Below the pieces are notes generated by a model. The model did no database searches and was not told the origin of the DNA. It saw only the letters and a program-made list of their open reading frames with translations. DNA of 54,158 bases from an uncultured virus (IMG/VR IMGVR_UViG_3300026453_000533) (lineage: Duplodnaviria; Heunggongvirae; Uroviricota; Caudoviricetes), in IMG/VR virus record IMGVR_UViG_3300026453_000533, positions 62,001 to 116,158 of that record. One strand, 5' to 3'. The position numbers were made by a program, and so were the translations under genes. Shown here piece after piece: positions 39,170 through 49,375 of the stretch. How positions within the stretch are numbered: the first letter of the stretch is position 1; each line of letters opens with the position of its first letter.

Positions 39170-40164
39170 TGGCAGAAAAAAGAGGAGCAACAGAAAAACT
39201 TAGGTATGATTTCAATACCGCAGGTGTATTAGAAATATACATAAATGAAACTTGGACTAGAGTAACTGGTCGTGAGTTTAGATCCTTCGATGGATTGAGA
39301 AGAATTACCGAACCTACCTATGCAGAACTAGGGAATGTTGAGGTACCTATGGAAACGTATGAGTACTGGGGACCGGTATATATGTTTGGTTCAAATAAGG
39401 AAATGAACTATACAAATTCAGGCTCACTATATACGGGTAAGCTATGGAATCAAACTAGAAAAATATCTGAAAATAGAGGCTAATGGTTAAATTACATTTA
39501 AAGAACACAGAAGAATTTGAAGACTTATTTAGAAATAAGACTATTACAGTTACAGAACATATAGTAGAAGGTATATCTAACGCAATGCAGGACAACAAAA
39601 AATCCGCAGATTTATTTGAGATTTCATTTGAGGGTGTAGAGATGGTCTATGAAATAACTCTTCCACAAGCTCAATGGTCTACTGCTCTGCAGTCATGTTT
39701 AGATATGTTTCATAAACACGATATGGGGGATGAATGTATTGACACCTGGAAACTTTTAGAAGCAGCTAAGGTATGGTAAAACTAATAAACCTAAATGGAG
39801 AATATTATCAACTAGTTAGACAAATTAATATAGAGCAAGTTGGTAACAATATGGAAGGTTTAAAAGCATGGCGAGATATGAATCACTGCGATCATGTCTT
39901 AAAATATCAAGGGAAGTATTTACTTGTAAGATTTGTTAAAGACGCAGAAATTATTAATTAAAAATCAGTTATATTATGAATGAAAGTTATTTTATTAGAG
40001 CAACTAAAGTCAATGCACGTGTAGCAGACTTTATTATCGATGGCCAGCATATCAACATCGATGGGTACAAATTTGAAAGGTTATCAAAGAAGCCTAGAGG
40101 TAGGACTATAGAAAGAAAACTACAAAATACCAACACACAAGAAAGATTTATAATTTATTCTTAA
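39169..40164 (+). other. four small hypothetical genes (39169-39483, 39483-39779, 39773-39961, 39976-40164)
   Basis: Abutting ORFs with coupled start/stop codons. Confidence 0.6.
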
Positions 40165-40242
40165 AAATAATTAGTAAATCAGTTGGTTTACAAAGATAAA
40201 GTTCGTATATTTAAGTATATTAATTATTAAAAGGTTATAAAT

Positions 40243-41085
40243 ATGTCAGATGTAATGTTAAATTTTCAAGGTGAGCAGACTTATATGGATAAGGATCAGC
40301 TCAAAGAAGTATGCCCGTTGGCATTCGCAAAAGAAGCTACTAATCCTAAAGTTAGTGGTAAGTACTTATTCGTTAATACGGAAACGATTATTGACGATTT
40401 AGATAAATTAGGTTGGAAACCTGTTCAAGCAGCTCAACGTAAAGGTAGAGGAAAGTCTACTATCTTTAGTAAGCACATGATTGCTTTTCAGAATCCTGAT
40501 TTAAAGATTAAAGGTTCAGATGGAGATGATTCTTTTCCTAGAATTATCATGACTAACTCTCATGATGGTATGCAAGCGTTTAAGTTTAGCGTTGGTATCT
40601 TCAGATTAGTTTGTTCTAACGGTTTAGTTGTTGCTGATGAGCAATTTAGCGACTTTAAAATTAAGCATAAAGGATATACTTTCGATGAATTGAGAGGTGT
40701 AGTTAATCAAGCAGTTGCTGATCTTCCTAATAAAGTAGAAGTTCTTAATCAAATGAAGAAAAGAGTTTTAACTTCAGAAGAAAAGAATAAACTTGCTTTA
40801 GATGCCATGTTAATTAGAGCTGGTATCGAGCCTGGTTCTGAAAAGGCTAAGAAGTTTAACTACGATGATGAAACTATTATCGATATCTTAGATCCTAAAC
40901 GTAAGGAAGACGAAGGAGATGATCTTTGGAGAGTCTTTAACGTAGTTCAAGAGAAGATTACTCAAGGAGACTTTCATGCTGCTTTAACTGGAGCTAAAGT
41001 TAGAAAGGTTAGAAAGATTAAATCTTTCGAGAAAGATCTTAAAGTGAATAAAGAATTGTTTAAGCTAGCAACAGCTTTAGTATAA
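40243..41085 (+). CDS. DUF932/DUF945 family protein
   Basis: NSHDG, GIFRLVCSNG, DLW.VFN..QE. Confidence 0.88.
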   Translation: MSDVMLNFQGEQTYMDKDQLKEVCPLAFAKEATNPKVSGKYLFVNTETIIDDLDKLGWKPVQAAQRKGRGKSTIFSKHMIAFQNPDLKIKGSDGDDSFPRIIMTNSHDGMQAFKFSVGIFRLVCSNGLVVADEQFSDFKIKHKGYTFDELRGVVNQAVADLPNKVEVLNQMKKRVLTSEEKNKLALDAMLIRAGIEPGSEKAKKFNYDDETIIDILDPKRKEDEGDDLWRVFNVVQEKITQGDFHAALTGAKVRKVRKIKSFEKDLKVNKELFKLATALV

Positions 41086-41239
41086 ATGATAGAAGTAATT
41101 AAACATGCTTTAGGTATTTGTGGAGAGCATTGGCATCCTAATATATGGACTGCCTTTGCTTCTATGCCTTTTATAACTCCAGCAATATACTGGGTTAAGT
41201 GTAAGTGCGGTGGTTGGTTTAAACACAAAGATAACTGTA

Positions 41240-41476
41240 ATGAATCATAACTTAGATTTACATGGACTATCTCATGAAGAAGCTATCTTAGAAGCAGAGT
41301 CTTTTTTGATAGAAGCTTCTTTTGATAGAGTGATGGTCGCTGAAATTATCACAGGCAAGTCTAAAACTATGCAAGATAGTATTATCAAAGAGGTAATCTT
41401 ACCTCACAAATTTAGTTACCATATTCCAACTTATAACGAAGGAATGATAATAGTAACAAAAGATGAAATTTTATAG
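41240..41476 (+). CDS. Smr domain protein
   Basis: LDLHG...IITGKS...N.G. Confidence 0.75.
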   Translation: MNHNLDLHGLSHEEAILEAESFLIEASFDRVMVAEIITGKSKTMQDSIIKEVILPHKFSYHIPTYNEGMIIVTKDEIL

Positions 41477-41828
41477 TATGAAATTATATGATTTATTTAT
41501 TGGGAGTATGGCATTTATAGTTGCTCATATACTCACCTTTTTTCAACTTAATGGACAATTTCTAAAAACCGATTGGTTTAGAAATAATGAACTCATAGTA
41601 GCCGCATCAGGAATAGTTTTATCGTTCTTTTATATTTGGGGTACTAAGTACACTGTTTCCGGAATTAATAATCTCTTATGGCCAGCTCGGTTTGTAGGTT
41701 TCGGAATAGGAATGGTTATTTATGCTATACTTGTAAGTTATTTTTTCAACGAAGGTATAACAACTAAGACTTCTGTTAGTCTTGTACTGGCTCTAATACT
41801 AATATGCGTTCAAGTATTTTGGAAATAA
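41463..41828 (+). CDS. small 4-TM membrane protein (DMT/SMR-like)
   Basis: Four hydrophobic helices. Confidence 0.55.
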   Translation: MKFYSMKLYDLFIGSMAFIVAHILTFFQLNGQFLKTDWFRNNELIVAASGIVLSFFYIWGTKYTVSGINNLLWPARFVGFGIGMVIYAILVSYFFNEGITTKTSVSLVLALILICVQVFWK

Positions 41829-41840
41829 AAAAAATAGATA

Positions 41841-42101
41841 ATGTGTTTAAGCGGTAGTGCATATATTACTCATGATGAGTATGTCGATAGGGTTATTGAA
41901 ATGGCTTGGGAGGATAGAACTCCATTCGATGCTATTGAATATCAATTCGGACTAAAAGAAAATGATGTCCGTAAATTAATGAGAGAAAATTTAAAACGAA
42001 GTTCCTTTGAACTATGGAGGAAAAGAGTAAAAGGAAGAAAAACAAAACATAAAGCAACATCTGCAGGAAGCAGATTTAAATCTAAAAATCAAAAGTTATG
42101 A
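41841..42101 (+). CDS. TIGR03643/DUF2805 family protein
   Basis: RVIEMAWEDRTPFDAI..QFGL. Confidence 0.88.
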   Translation: MCLSGSAYITHDEYVDRVIEMAWEDRTPFDAIEYQFGLKENDVRKLMRENLKRSSFELWRKRVKGRKTKHKATSAGSRFKSKNQKL

Positions 42102-42538
42102 AACAATTTTTAAACACTTATTACCCGATAGTTATAGCATTCATTTGTATGTGCTATTCAATTGGATTAGGATTATTCGGATACACAGAAGAGGCTCAAT
42201 ACTCAGCTCATTGGGCAGGAACTATTTTACTATTTGCCATAGCCATTAGACAAAGACGAGACAGATGAGTGTAGCAATGTTTATAGTAGGTTTCTTTATA
42301 TTTGCTGCCTACGTAGGTTTCTTGATGTGGAATATATTTTATAACCATAATAAGAATAGAGAAGAAAATTATCCTGGGTACTATGCAAGACATGGTCAGA
42401 CAGATAGTATGAGAAAGTATAACCTAAATACTAGATACCCTCATGATAAGGTTAGCAGAATAAAGAACAAATCTCTCAGACAACAAGAGATGTACCTTAG
42501 TAGAGCTAAAGACAAGAAGGAGGATGTAAATTAAAGTT

Positions 42539-43129
42539 ATGCATAATAGCAATACAAAGCACTTAGTAGTCATAGGACACCCAGATAAAAATTCCTTTTG
42601 CTATAACGGTATATTTAAAACGATAGTTAGGCAAATGAAGAGATACAAGTCTAATTACCGTATTATAGATTTGTACGATGATAAGCTGCATAGAGATAGA
42701 AAAGATTTAATAGAGGAGTATAGAAGTTTAGTTACTTGGAGTACTCATATCTATTTTGTTTCTCCGGTATGGTGGTTTAGGTTAACTCCTAAATTAGAAA
42801 TGTTTTTCGATGAAGTATTTATTCCTGGTTTTGCATATAAGTTTGTTCCTCTTTTTGGTAAATATGCTTACCCAAAACCGTTCTTCAAAAAGAAAAAAGT
42901 ACGTACCTACATTACTCATGGGGCACCAATGCTTCCTGTAGTTACATTGTACTTAAACTCTGTTAAGTTACGTTTAGTTATGGGTGTATATACATTCGTA
43001 TTTGGTTGGAATCTTAATAGATGGACTAAAACAAAACAATTTTGGTCTGTACCATTTGTTACTAACAAAAAACGTAGAAAGTATTTGAGAACTGTTAAGG
43101 AAGATATTAGAAAAGATTTACATTTATGA
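42539..43129 (+). CDS. flavodoxin-fold NAD(P)H dehydrogenase
   Basis: GHP...SF, IDLY, PVWW, PGFAY. Confidence 0.85.
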   Translation: MHNSNTKHLVVIGHPDKNSFCYNGIFKTIVRQMKRYKSNYRIIDLYDDKLHRDRKDLIEEYRSLVTWSTHIYFVSPVWWFRLTPKLEMFFDEVFIPGFAYKFVPLFGKYAYPKPFFKKKKVRTYITHGAPMLPVVTLYLNSVKLRLVMGVYTFVFGWNLNRWTKTKQFWSVPFVTNKKRRKYLRTVKEDIRKDLHL

Positions 43130-43729
43130 GAAAGTGTAATAAGTGTAAACATAGCAAACCTGATTTCCTGTTTAAAAATAAGGAAAAGAAAACCTGTAGA
43201 AAATGTGAGTTTAAATGGTGGCACTACTACCTTAGACTTATGGTACAGGATAGAAGATTAACACCTACCGAGAGGTTAGGAAGTAGAATAGGGTATATGG
43301 GTGTAGGTTTTCTAATTGCTGGTCAATGGACAGTGCACCCAGCCTTATTTATTATAGGATTTATATGTGTACTAATCCAAGTTACTATTAGGAAACAATG
43401 GAACTTAGTCGCCCTTCAGTTAAACGGGCTCATAGCCTGGACGATCCATTTTATTAACTCATTAAATTAAAAATATGCAAACTATACTATTATATGCTAT
43501 GATCGGAGTGGTTTGGTCATTCTGGTTAGAGAGGTTTACTACTAAAAATCTACAACCTCCTTACAACAACCCTTGGACCAACTCAGAAAGAATGGTACAT
43601 ATTCTATTTTGGCCTATCACGCTTTTAGTATTTTTACACAATTTCTTTACAGATATATTTAAATAAAGTTGCTTCCCTGCATTATTATTCGTATATTTAA
43701 GTATAATTAAAAAGGTAAAAATAAAGGTT

Positions 43730-44497
43730 ATGACAAAAGGACAAATTTTAGATCAAATCATCGAAAAGAAGAGCGAGGAGCTCAAAGAACTTACTAATAC
43801 TTATAGTGAAGTAGAAAAGAAAAGAGAAGCCCAATATTTCGAAATCATTCAAGAATATTTTAGAGGAGAGTTTACTCTAGATGATGTTTACTTACATCAT
43901 GATTACGGTACTACTTTCGAAGTCAAACGTCCTAATAAGGAATATAAATACGACAGAGAATTGATTACTCTGAGATTTAGAGATGATTGGAAAACTGGTG
44001 AGTTTACTGACATTGAAACTAGCATGTACTCTACTAACGATAACTCTCAGTGGGAATTAGAAAGATTATTTACTGCTGGTGAAGTTGCTAAGGTACTATT
44101 GGATCACAGAGATGATATCATTGCTAAGTTTAACTTATGTAAAGATAACTTTGCTGAGGAGTATAGAGCTGCTAGAAATGCTAAATGGACTTGTGAAGCT
44201 GATATTAATAAACTAAAAGATGAGAAAAATCAAACTTTTTTAGATAGAGCTAAATCTCTATTAGAGGAAGAAGGATTAGTGTTTGATGGAGATAAGAAAG
44301 GTTCTATTGATTTGAGATGGGACTGGACTATTAGAGGTATTACTTCCGTTAAGATTCTTGATAAAACTGCTTCCGGAAAATCTGCTACTATTAAAGTTAG
44401 CACTTACGGACAAGAACCAAGAGTATACGATAAAGTTAGAATGAGCAATATTGATTGTCTTCTATCGCAATACAGAGACTACGTACTAACAGCATAA
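43730..44497 (+). CDS. hypothetical early protein
   Basis: 255 aa ORF after promoter at 43669. Confidence 0.75.
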   Translation: MTKGQILDQIIEKKSEELKELTNTYSEVEKKREAQYFEIIQEYFRGEFTLDDVYLHHDYGTTFEVKRPNKEYKYDRELITLRFRDDWKTGEFTDIETSMYSTNDNSQWELERLFTAGEVAKVLLDHRDDIIAKFNLCKDNFAEEYRAARNAKWTCEADINKLKDEKNQTFLDRAKSLLEEEGLVFDGDKKGSIDLRWDWTIRGITSVKILDKTASGKSATIKVSTYGQEPRVYDKVRMSNIDCLLSQYRDYVLTA

Positions 44498-44559
44498 AGA
44501 TTCATAACCTGGAGATGGGGGCGTCCTGCCCCTTGATCCTAACCTTAAAACTAAAAAAA

Positions 44560-44832
44560 ATGTTAACATTTGATAATTTATTATTCTTAGATCACCCTCA
44601 TATTAAGGGAGCTATTATGACTCAAATTAGAGGTTCAAAAAGCAAAGGTGGAAAAACCATATCAATAGTATGTGGGGAAGGGTTATACAGTACATCGAGA
44701 GATGGAAATAGAGCTGAATGTCAGAGAGTAGAAGATGCTTCTAGCTTTGAGGTCCTTGTTGAAGGAGATGAAGATGTAAGGGGATGGCAGTCAAGAGATG
44801 ATATAAACAAAATCTTGGCAGAGAACTTCTAA
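44560..44832 (+). CDS. hypothetical protein
   Basis: ATG 44560 after A-rich leader. Confidence 0.65.
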   Translation: MLTFDNLLFLDHPHIKGAIMTQIRGSKSKGGKTISIVCGEGLYSTSRDGNRAECQRVEDASSFEVLVEGDEDVRGWQSRDDINKILAENF

Positions 44833-44838
44833 CAAGAA

Positions 44839-44910
44839 GGACCCGTAGTTCAACGGATAGAACAGTAGCCTTCTAAGCTTCTAATGTAGGTTCGATTCCT
44901 GCCGGGTTCA
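44839..44910 (+). tRNA. tRNA-Arg(TCT); CCA not encoded
   Basis: GGACCCG/CGGGTTC acceptor, GTTC/GAAC D arm, CT-TCT-AA loop, GTAGG-TTCGATT-CCTGC T arm. Confidence 0.92.
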
Positions 44911-44947
44911 CTAAAGTACGACTATTTATAATAAAGAAAGACGTACT

Positions 44948-45319
44948 ATGCATACTGAAGAAACTAAAAGAAAAATTAAAGAAACAAACATTTTAAGAGC
45001 TAAGGAAAGAGGTCCTGAGTGGAATAAAATGATGAAAGCTATTAACAGTAACCCTGAAAAGATAGCTAAGAGTAAAGAAACTTGGAAGAAGAAAAGAAAG
45101 CCTCTTCATGAAGTAAAAGATATAGGTACTGTAAGAAGGTACTTATTAGAAGATGTTACTAATTGTGAGTGCTGTGGTTTAGAGAGTTGGATGGGTGAAA
45201 AAATAATTTTAGAGATTCATCACAAAGACGGTAATAAGAAGAATAATTACAGAGAAAATATAGATGTTTTATGCTGCAATTGCCATGCACAGACACATAA
45301 TTGGAGAGGTAGAAAATAA
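44948..45319 (+). CDS. HNH endonuclease (putative homing endonuclease, NUMOD3-like N-terminus)
   Basis: HTEETKRKI; CECCG...EIHHKDGN..NN..EN...LCCNCH..TH. Confidence 0.9.
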   Translation: MHTEETKRKIKETNILRAKERGPEWNKMMKAINSNPEKIAKSKETWKKKRKPLHEVKDIGTVRRYLLEDVTNCECCGLESWMGEKIILEIHHKDGNKKNNYRENIDVLCCNCHAQTHNWRGRK

Positions 45320-45393
45320 GGACTTATAGCTCAGTTGGTTAGAGCACTTCACTCATAATGAATAGGTCCCTGGTTCGAGCCCAGGTAGGTCCA
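45320..45393 (+). tRNA. tRNA with CAT anticodon, probably Ile2 (lysidine); elongator Met possible
   Basis: GGACTTA/TAGGTCC acceptor, GCTC/GAGC D arm, A-CTCATAA-T anticodon arm, CCTGG-TTCGAGC-CCAGG T arm. Confidence 0.9.
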
Positions 45394-45409
45394 CCTAAAG
45401 ACGATAAAT

Positions 45410-45664
45410 ATGAAATTACCATTAATAAAACACCTAGTTCAGCAAGAACAATTTGACGAAGATTACTTTGAAGAAGCTATCGAGGTTCTACTATCAATTG
45501 CCGAAGCAAGAAGTATTACAGATAACGAAATTGAAGTAATTGGTGAGTTGTTATCTAATTTAGAAGGTGCAATGGAAGTAAAAAAATTAATAACAGAAGG
45601 AGCTACTCAACGAGATGCTTTGAATGGGTTTATGAAAAGAGTAATGAAGTCAATAGATAATTAA
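45410..45664 (+). CDS. conserved Bacteroidota small protein (DUF6952-like)
   Basis: MKLP.IK...GELLSN..GA.EV...ALN.FMKRV. Confidence 0.65.
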   Translation: MKLPLIKHLVQQEQFDEDYFEEAIEVLLSIAEARSITDNEIEVIGELLSNLEGAMEVKKLITEGATQRDALNGFMKRVMKSIDN

Positions 45665-45724
45665 GTTACTTAAAAAGTTGCTAGTCTGCATTATTTTTCT
45701 TATATTTAGATATAAAGTTACGAT

Positions 45725-46198
45725 ATGAATGTTTGGTATTTACATGGATTGGAATCGACGGTTGGAGGACCTAAGGTAGATTTCTTAAAAGAAGTTGCTG
45801 ATGAAGTTTTTGCTCCTGCTATGGATTATACTAATCATCGTCTCTTCGGAGAATTATATAGAAAAATTATTAAAGAAGGTAAACCTGATCTGATTATCGG
45901 TAGTAGCATGGGTGGTTATTTTGCTGATGCTATTGCTAGTCACTTTAATGTTGAGGTGTTACTATTTAATCCTGCTCTTCATAGTAGGAGTATTGAGATA
46001 AATCTTCCTTATGGTGAAACTAATTGGGATAGAAACTTCGTCGTCGGTATAGAGGATGATGTTATTGATCCTAAAGCTACTAGAGTTCATAAAGATTTAG
46101 CTAAGTCCTGGACTGAAATTGAAGGTATGGGACATAGAACGACGTTAAATGTTTTTAAAGATATTTATAATAAAGTCGTATTAAATGAAACTGCTTAA
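45725..46198 (+). CDS. YqiA/YcfP-like alpha/beta hydrolase
   Basis: YLHG, GSSMGG, NPAL, DDV, GH. Confidence 0.88.
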   Translation: MNVWYLHGLESTVGGPKVDFLKEVADEVFAPAMDYTNHRLFGELYRKIIKEGKPDLIIGSSMGGYFADAIASHFNVEVLLFNPALHSRSIEINLPYGETNWDRNFVVGIEDDVIDPKATRVHKDLAKSWTEIEGMGHRTTLNVFKDIYNKVVLNETA

Positions 46199-46706
46199 GA
46201 TTTTATTAGAAAATAACTGGAGACCACTTTCCTCAGCAGAGGTTCAAGATGATAAAGATGATTTATTTACTTTAATAAATACTGCTTATGCTCCTCTTGG
46301 AGGACATCCTAACGTAACTGGTCCAGAAGATATTGCATCTGCAGCATCTGGTTATAGTGTTATTGACTTAGATGATGATGAAGACGAAGATGCAGTTATA
46401 ATGACTAAGCAAAGAGCAGGAGGAACTAAGTTAGTCGGAATGGGACATGATGGTACTAAACCAGCTAAAAGAGCAGCAGTTGCCAAGACAGTAACTAGCT
46501 TAAATAAAAATGGTTACTACATAGAAGTTTCGGGAAAGATTTTAGATATACTTAAAGCTAAAGGAGTAGCTATTGTTGATGATGAAGAAACAGTAAGAGC
46601 TGCTTTGAAAGGAAAGAATATTGTATGGCACGGCGATGGATCATATGATAGAGTGATAGGAGGTGACAAACACCGAAAGGTAATGATGGGGAAGCCTAGA
46701 GTATAA
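46185..46706 (+). CDS. hypothetical late protein
   Basis: 173 aa ORF after TATTTAT at 46162. Confidence 0.7.
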   Translation: MKLLKILLENNWRPLSSAEVQDDKDDLFTLINTAYAPLGGHPNVTGPEDIASAASGYSVIDLDDDEDEDAVIMTKQRAGGTKLVGMGHDGTKPAKRAAVAKTVTSLNKNGYYIEVSGKILDILKAKGVAIVDDEETVRAALKGKNIVWHGDGSYDRVIGGDKHRKVMMGKPRV

Positions 46707-47871
46707 TTAGATAGGTAAACTAACCTTAAATTATACAAAATGAAAAAGAAAATTTTAGCAGTACTATTAGTATGTTCCTTAACATTCAGTTGCGGAGCCT
46801 CTAAACCGTCTTGGGAAAGAAAAGATCGAACCCAGGTAACTCAAAATGATAGAGCAATTTTAGGAGTCTTATTATCAGGATTAATTTTATTCTCTCTACA
46901 TACATTTACAACTAGATAATAAATTATGGCAAACCCAATAGTGTGTATTGAAGCAATTAATAATGTAAGAACTTCAGTTCAAGGAAATGACCCAAGAACT
47001 TGGATGAAAGCATGTGCAATAGAAACTTTACTGAAAGGTAAAAGTGGTAAACATTTTAAAAACTGTTTAATAGGTAAAATGGAATCTACTGCACAACACA
47101 TCCAAGACCCTGCTGGTTATGCAGACGAACTGTATAAAGAGATAAAAGGAGGATGCAGTTAAACAATTAACTTAAAAAAAAGTTGCTTTTCTGCATTATT
47201 CTTCTTATATTTAAGTATTAAATAATAAAGGTTATGATATTAAGTGATATGAAAGTTGGTGATGAATTTTACATGGACGGGCTCAGCTTTCCAGATAATA
47301 GTCCTGTAAAAACTAAATGTACTCTTATTGAATATAGAGGTATGAATAGATATGTTGTCGATTCTGATGACTGTTTAGTTCTTTGTGATGGAAATGATAA
47401 AGTATATTCTATATGAGGTATTTAACTAAAGATTATGTTGCAGGAGAAGTAATCGATACTATTTCGTTAATGCAATTAAATAATGAAACTGTACCAGTTA
47501 TAGATCATATTATTATAGAACAGATAGCTGAGGCTTTTATCTTTAATTGGAATGAGATAGGAGATTATGAAGCAGACTTCGGTAGAACTTTACTGGAGTT
47601 TTTGAGAGATGAATTTAAATACAATTATAAATAAAGGTTATGAAAGATAAAAAACGTTATGTAGTTACGATGGACATGTATGTATATGCAGAGAATGATT
47701 ATATGGCTCGTAAAAGAGCTCATAAGTTAAGAGATACTTTAGATGGGTATAATAGAAGACCTTCAATTACTGAGATAGGTGAACAGCCTTTTGCTTCTAT
47801 GTCTTATAGGAAATTAGAAGATATATCAGCACCTACTTCTAAAGATAAGGATGAACCATTACCATTTTAAT

Positions 47872-48108
47872 ATGAAGTGTTGTAAATGTCAAAATAAAAT
47901 TAACCCTTTGAGGTTAAAAGCTCTACCTGATACTAGGTCCTGTGTAAAATGTAGCGATACCTCTAGGTGGTATGTTAGAAATATTATTTCCGGAAAGACT
48001 ACTTACTGTGAAACTGAAATAATAAAAGATCCTGAAGCTGCAAAAACAATAGCTGCTATGGATAGAAGAACCGGATGGGGAAGTAATCTTCATAAAGTAA
48101 GAAAATAA
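47872..48108 (+). CDS. TraR/DksA C4 zinc-finger protein
   Basis: CCKC..I.P.RLKALPDT..CVKC. Confidence 0.75.
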   Translation: MKCCKCQNKINPLRLKALPDTRSCVKCSDTSRWYVRNIISGKTTYCETEIIKDPEAAKTIAAMDRRTGWGSNLHKVRK

Positions 48109-48213
48109 CTGAAACTTTTCCGGAAATAGTTGTGGAAATAGTTGCCTAGGAACTTAATTATTCTTATATTTAGGTATAAAGGTTAAAGGTTATTAATTAA
48201 AAAAGGTTATAAA

Positions 48214-48960
48214 ATGACAAAGGTTATGAATTTAAAAACAGTAAAAATGTCGGATCTATCTTTTGATCCGCAATTGTTCCGTCCTATGAAATCTGGACGT
48301 GTTATTGACTCTCACTTCTCTTCTGAAGGAGGTTTAATGAAAGGTACTAATTACGCTATCGTAGGTGATCCTGGAATTGGTAAGACTACAGTAATGCTTG
48401 ATATGCTTGCTGACTTACAATCTAAAGGTCAAAAGGTTTTGTTTATCTCAGGTGAGATGAATCAGATTGATATGGTTGGATACGTAAAACGTTACCCTAA
48501 GTTTGGTCAGCTTCCTATTTTATTTATGGGAGACTACTGTGAGGATAATGCTTTAGATGTTGTTAAGTCTATCTTATCAGAAGGATGGGATACGGTACTA
48601 ATCGATTCTATGGCAGAGATTCAGAATGCTGTAGTTGATACTACTAAAGGGTGGATGTCTGGTAAGAAAGCTGAAACTGAATTGCTTAACTTATTTGAAA
48701 AGCATAATATGGGAGAGAATGATAGCAATATCAATACTGCTTTCTTAGTTATTCAGCAAGTTACTAAAGGCGGAGAGTTCGCTGGTAGTAATCGATTCAA
48801 GCATATGATGACCGGTATGGCTCATATGAAATGGACTAAAGAAGGTGATAGAACTTTCTTCTTCTCTAAAAACCGTAGAGGTGGAGATATGTCAGTTAGA
48901 ATGTTTAACCTTAGTACTCCTAACCGTATTGGTTGGATGGGAACTTACGTAACTGAATAA
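48214..48960 (+). CDS. RecA-superfamily ATPase (RadA/Sms-like core)
   Basis: GDPGIGKTT, ISGE, LIDS, QVTKGGEFAG, SKNR. Confidence 0.85.
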   Translation: MTKVMNLKTVKMSDLSFDPQLFRPMKSGRVIDSHFSSEGGLMKGTNYAIVGDPGIGKTTVMLDMLADLQSKGQKVLFISGEMNQIDMVGYVKRYPKFGQLPILFMGDYCEDNALDVVKSILSEGWDTVLIDSMAEIQNAVVDTTKGWMSGKKAETELLNLFEKHNMGENDSNINTAFLVIQQVTKGGEFAGSNRFKHMMTGMAHMKWTKEGDRTFFFSKNRRGGDMSVRMFNLSTPNRIGWMGTYVTE

Positions 48961-48961
48961 T

Positions 48962-49375
48962 ATGGCGTTGTGGAAAGTAAAACATAATGGGAAAGAAGAG
49001 ATAGTGTACTCGGATGGAGCTTTGAATCTTCCGGGTACCATGTCTCAAGTTCAAGTAACTAGGCATACGTATGAAGTTCCATATACTAATGTAGGTAAAG
49101 GAGGATTTATGATGCAGGACGGAAAGAAGATTCATACGCCGTCTTGGACAGAGGTTCATCCTGAAACTACATTTGAGGATATAGTGGTGCAGAAAAATCC
49201 TTTTGAGGAATTATTTGTTGAGGAAAAGAAATGGACTTTTAAATCTGCTTCAAGTAGTAAAGAGTATACTGTAAGGTATAATGCAAAAGGAAATCTAAGC
49301 TGTGACTGCTGGGGGTATATAGCTCATAGAAAATGTAAACATATTCGGGAAATAGCCCAGCAAATAGTTGCCTAG
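48962..49375 (+). CDS. SWIM zinc-finger protein
   Basis: Y.V......SCDC.......CKHI. Confidence 0.85.
   Translation: MALWKVKHNGKEEIVYSDGALNLPGTMSQVQVTRHTYEVPYTNVGKGGFMMQDGKKIHTPSWTEVHPETTFEDIVVQKNPFEELFVEEKKWTFKSASSSKEYTVRYNAKGNLSCDCWGYIAHRKCKHIREIAQQIVA

Larger units (their letters stand above)
7239..46169. promoter_or_regulatory. class II (putative late) promoter (C/A)TATTTAT(A/T) at 7239, 11544, 12309, 12684, 18138, 22609, 27665, 36144, 38151, 44923, 46162 (+) and 10617 (-)
   Basis: Recurs shortly upstream of ATGs, in the sense orientation of the downstream gene, including the only minus-strand gene. Confidence 0.72.

Noticed and set aside
45320..45393. Initiator tRNA-fMet
   Set aside because: Has a G1-C72 pair and lacks the three consecutive G-C pairs in the anticodon stem
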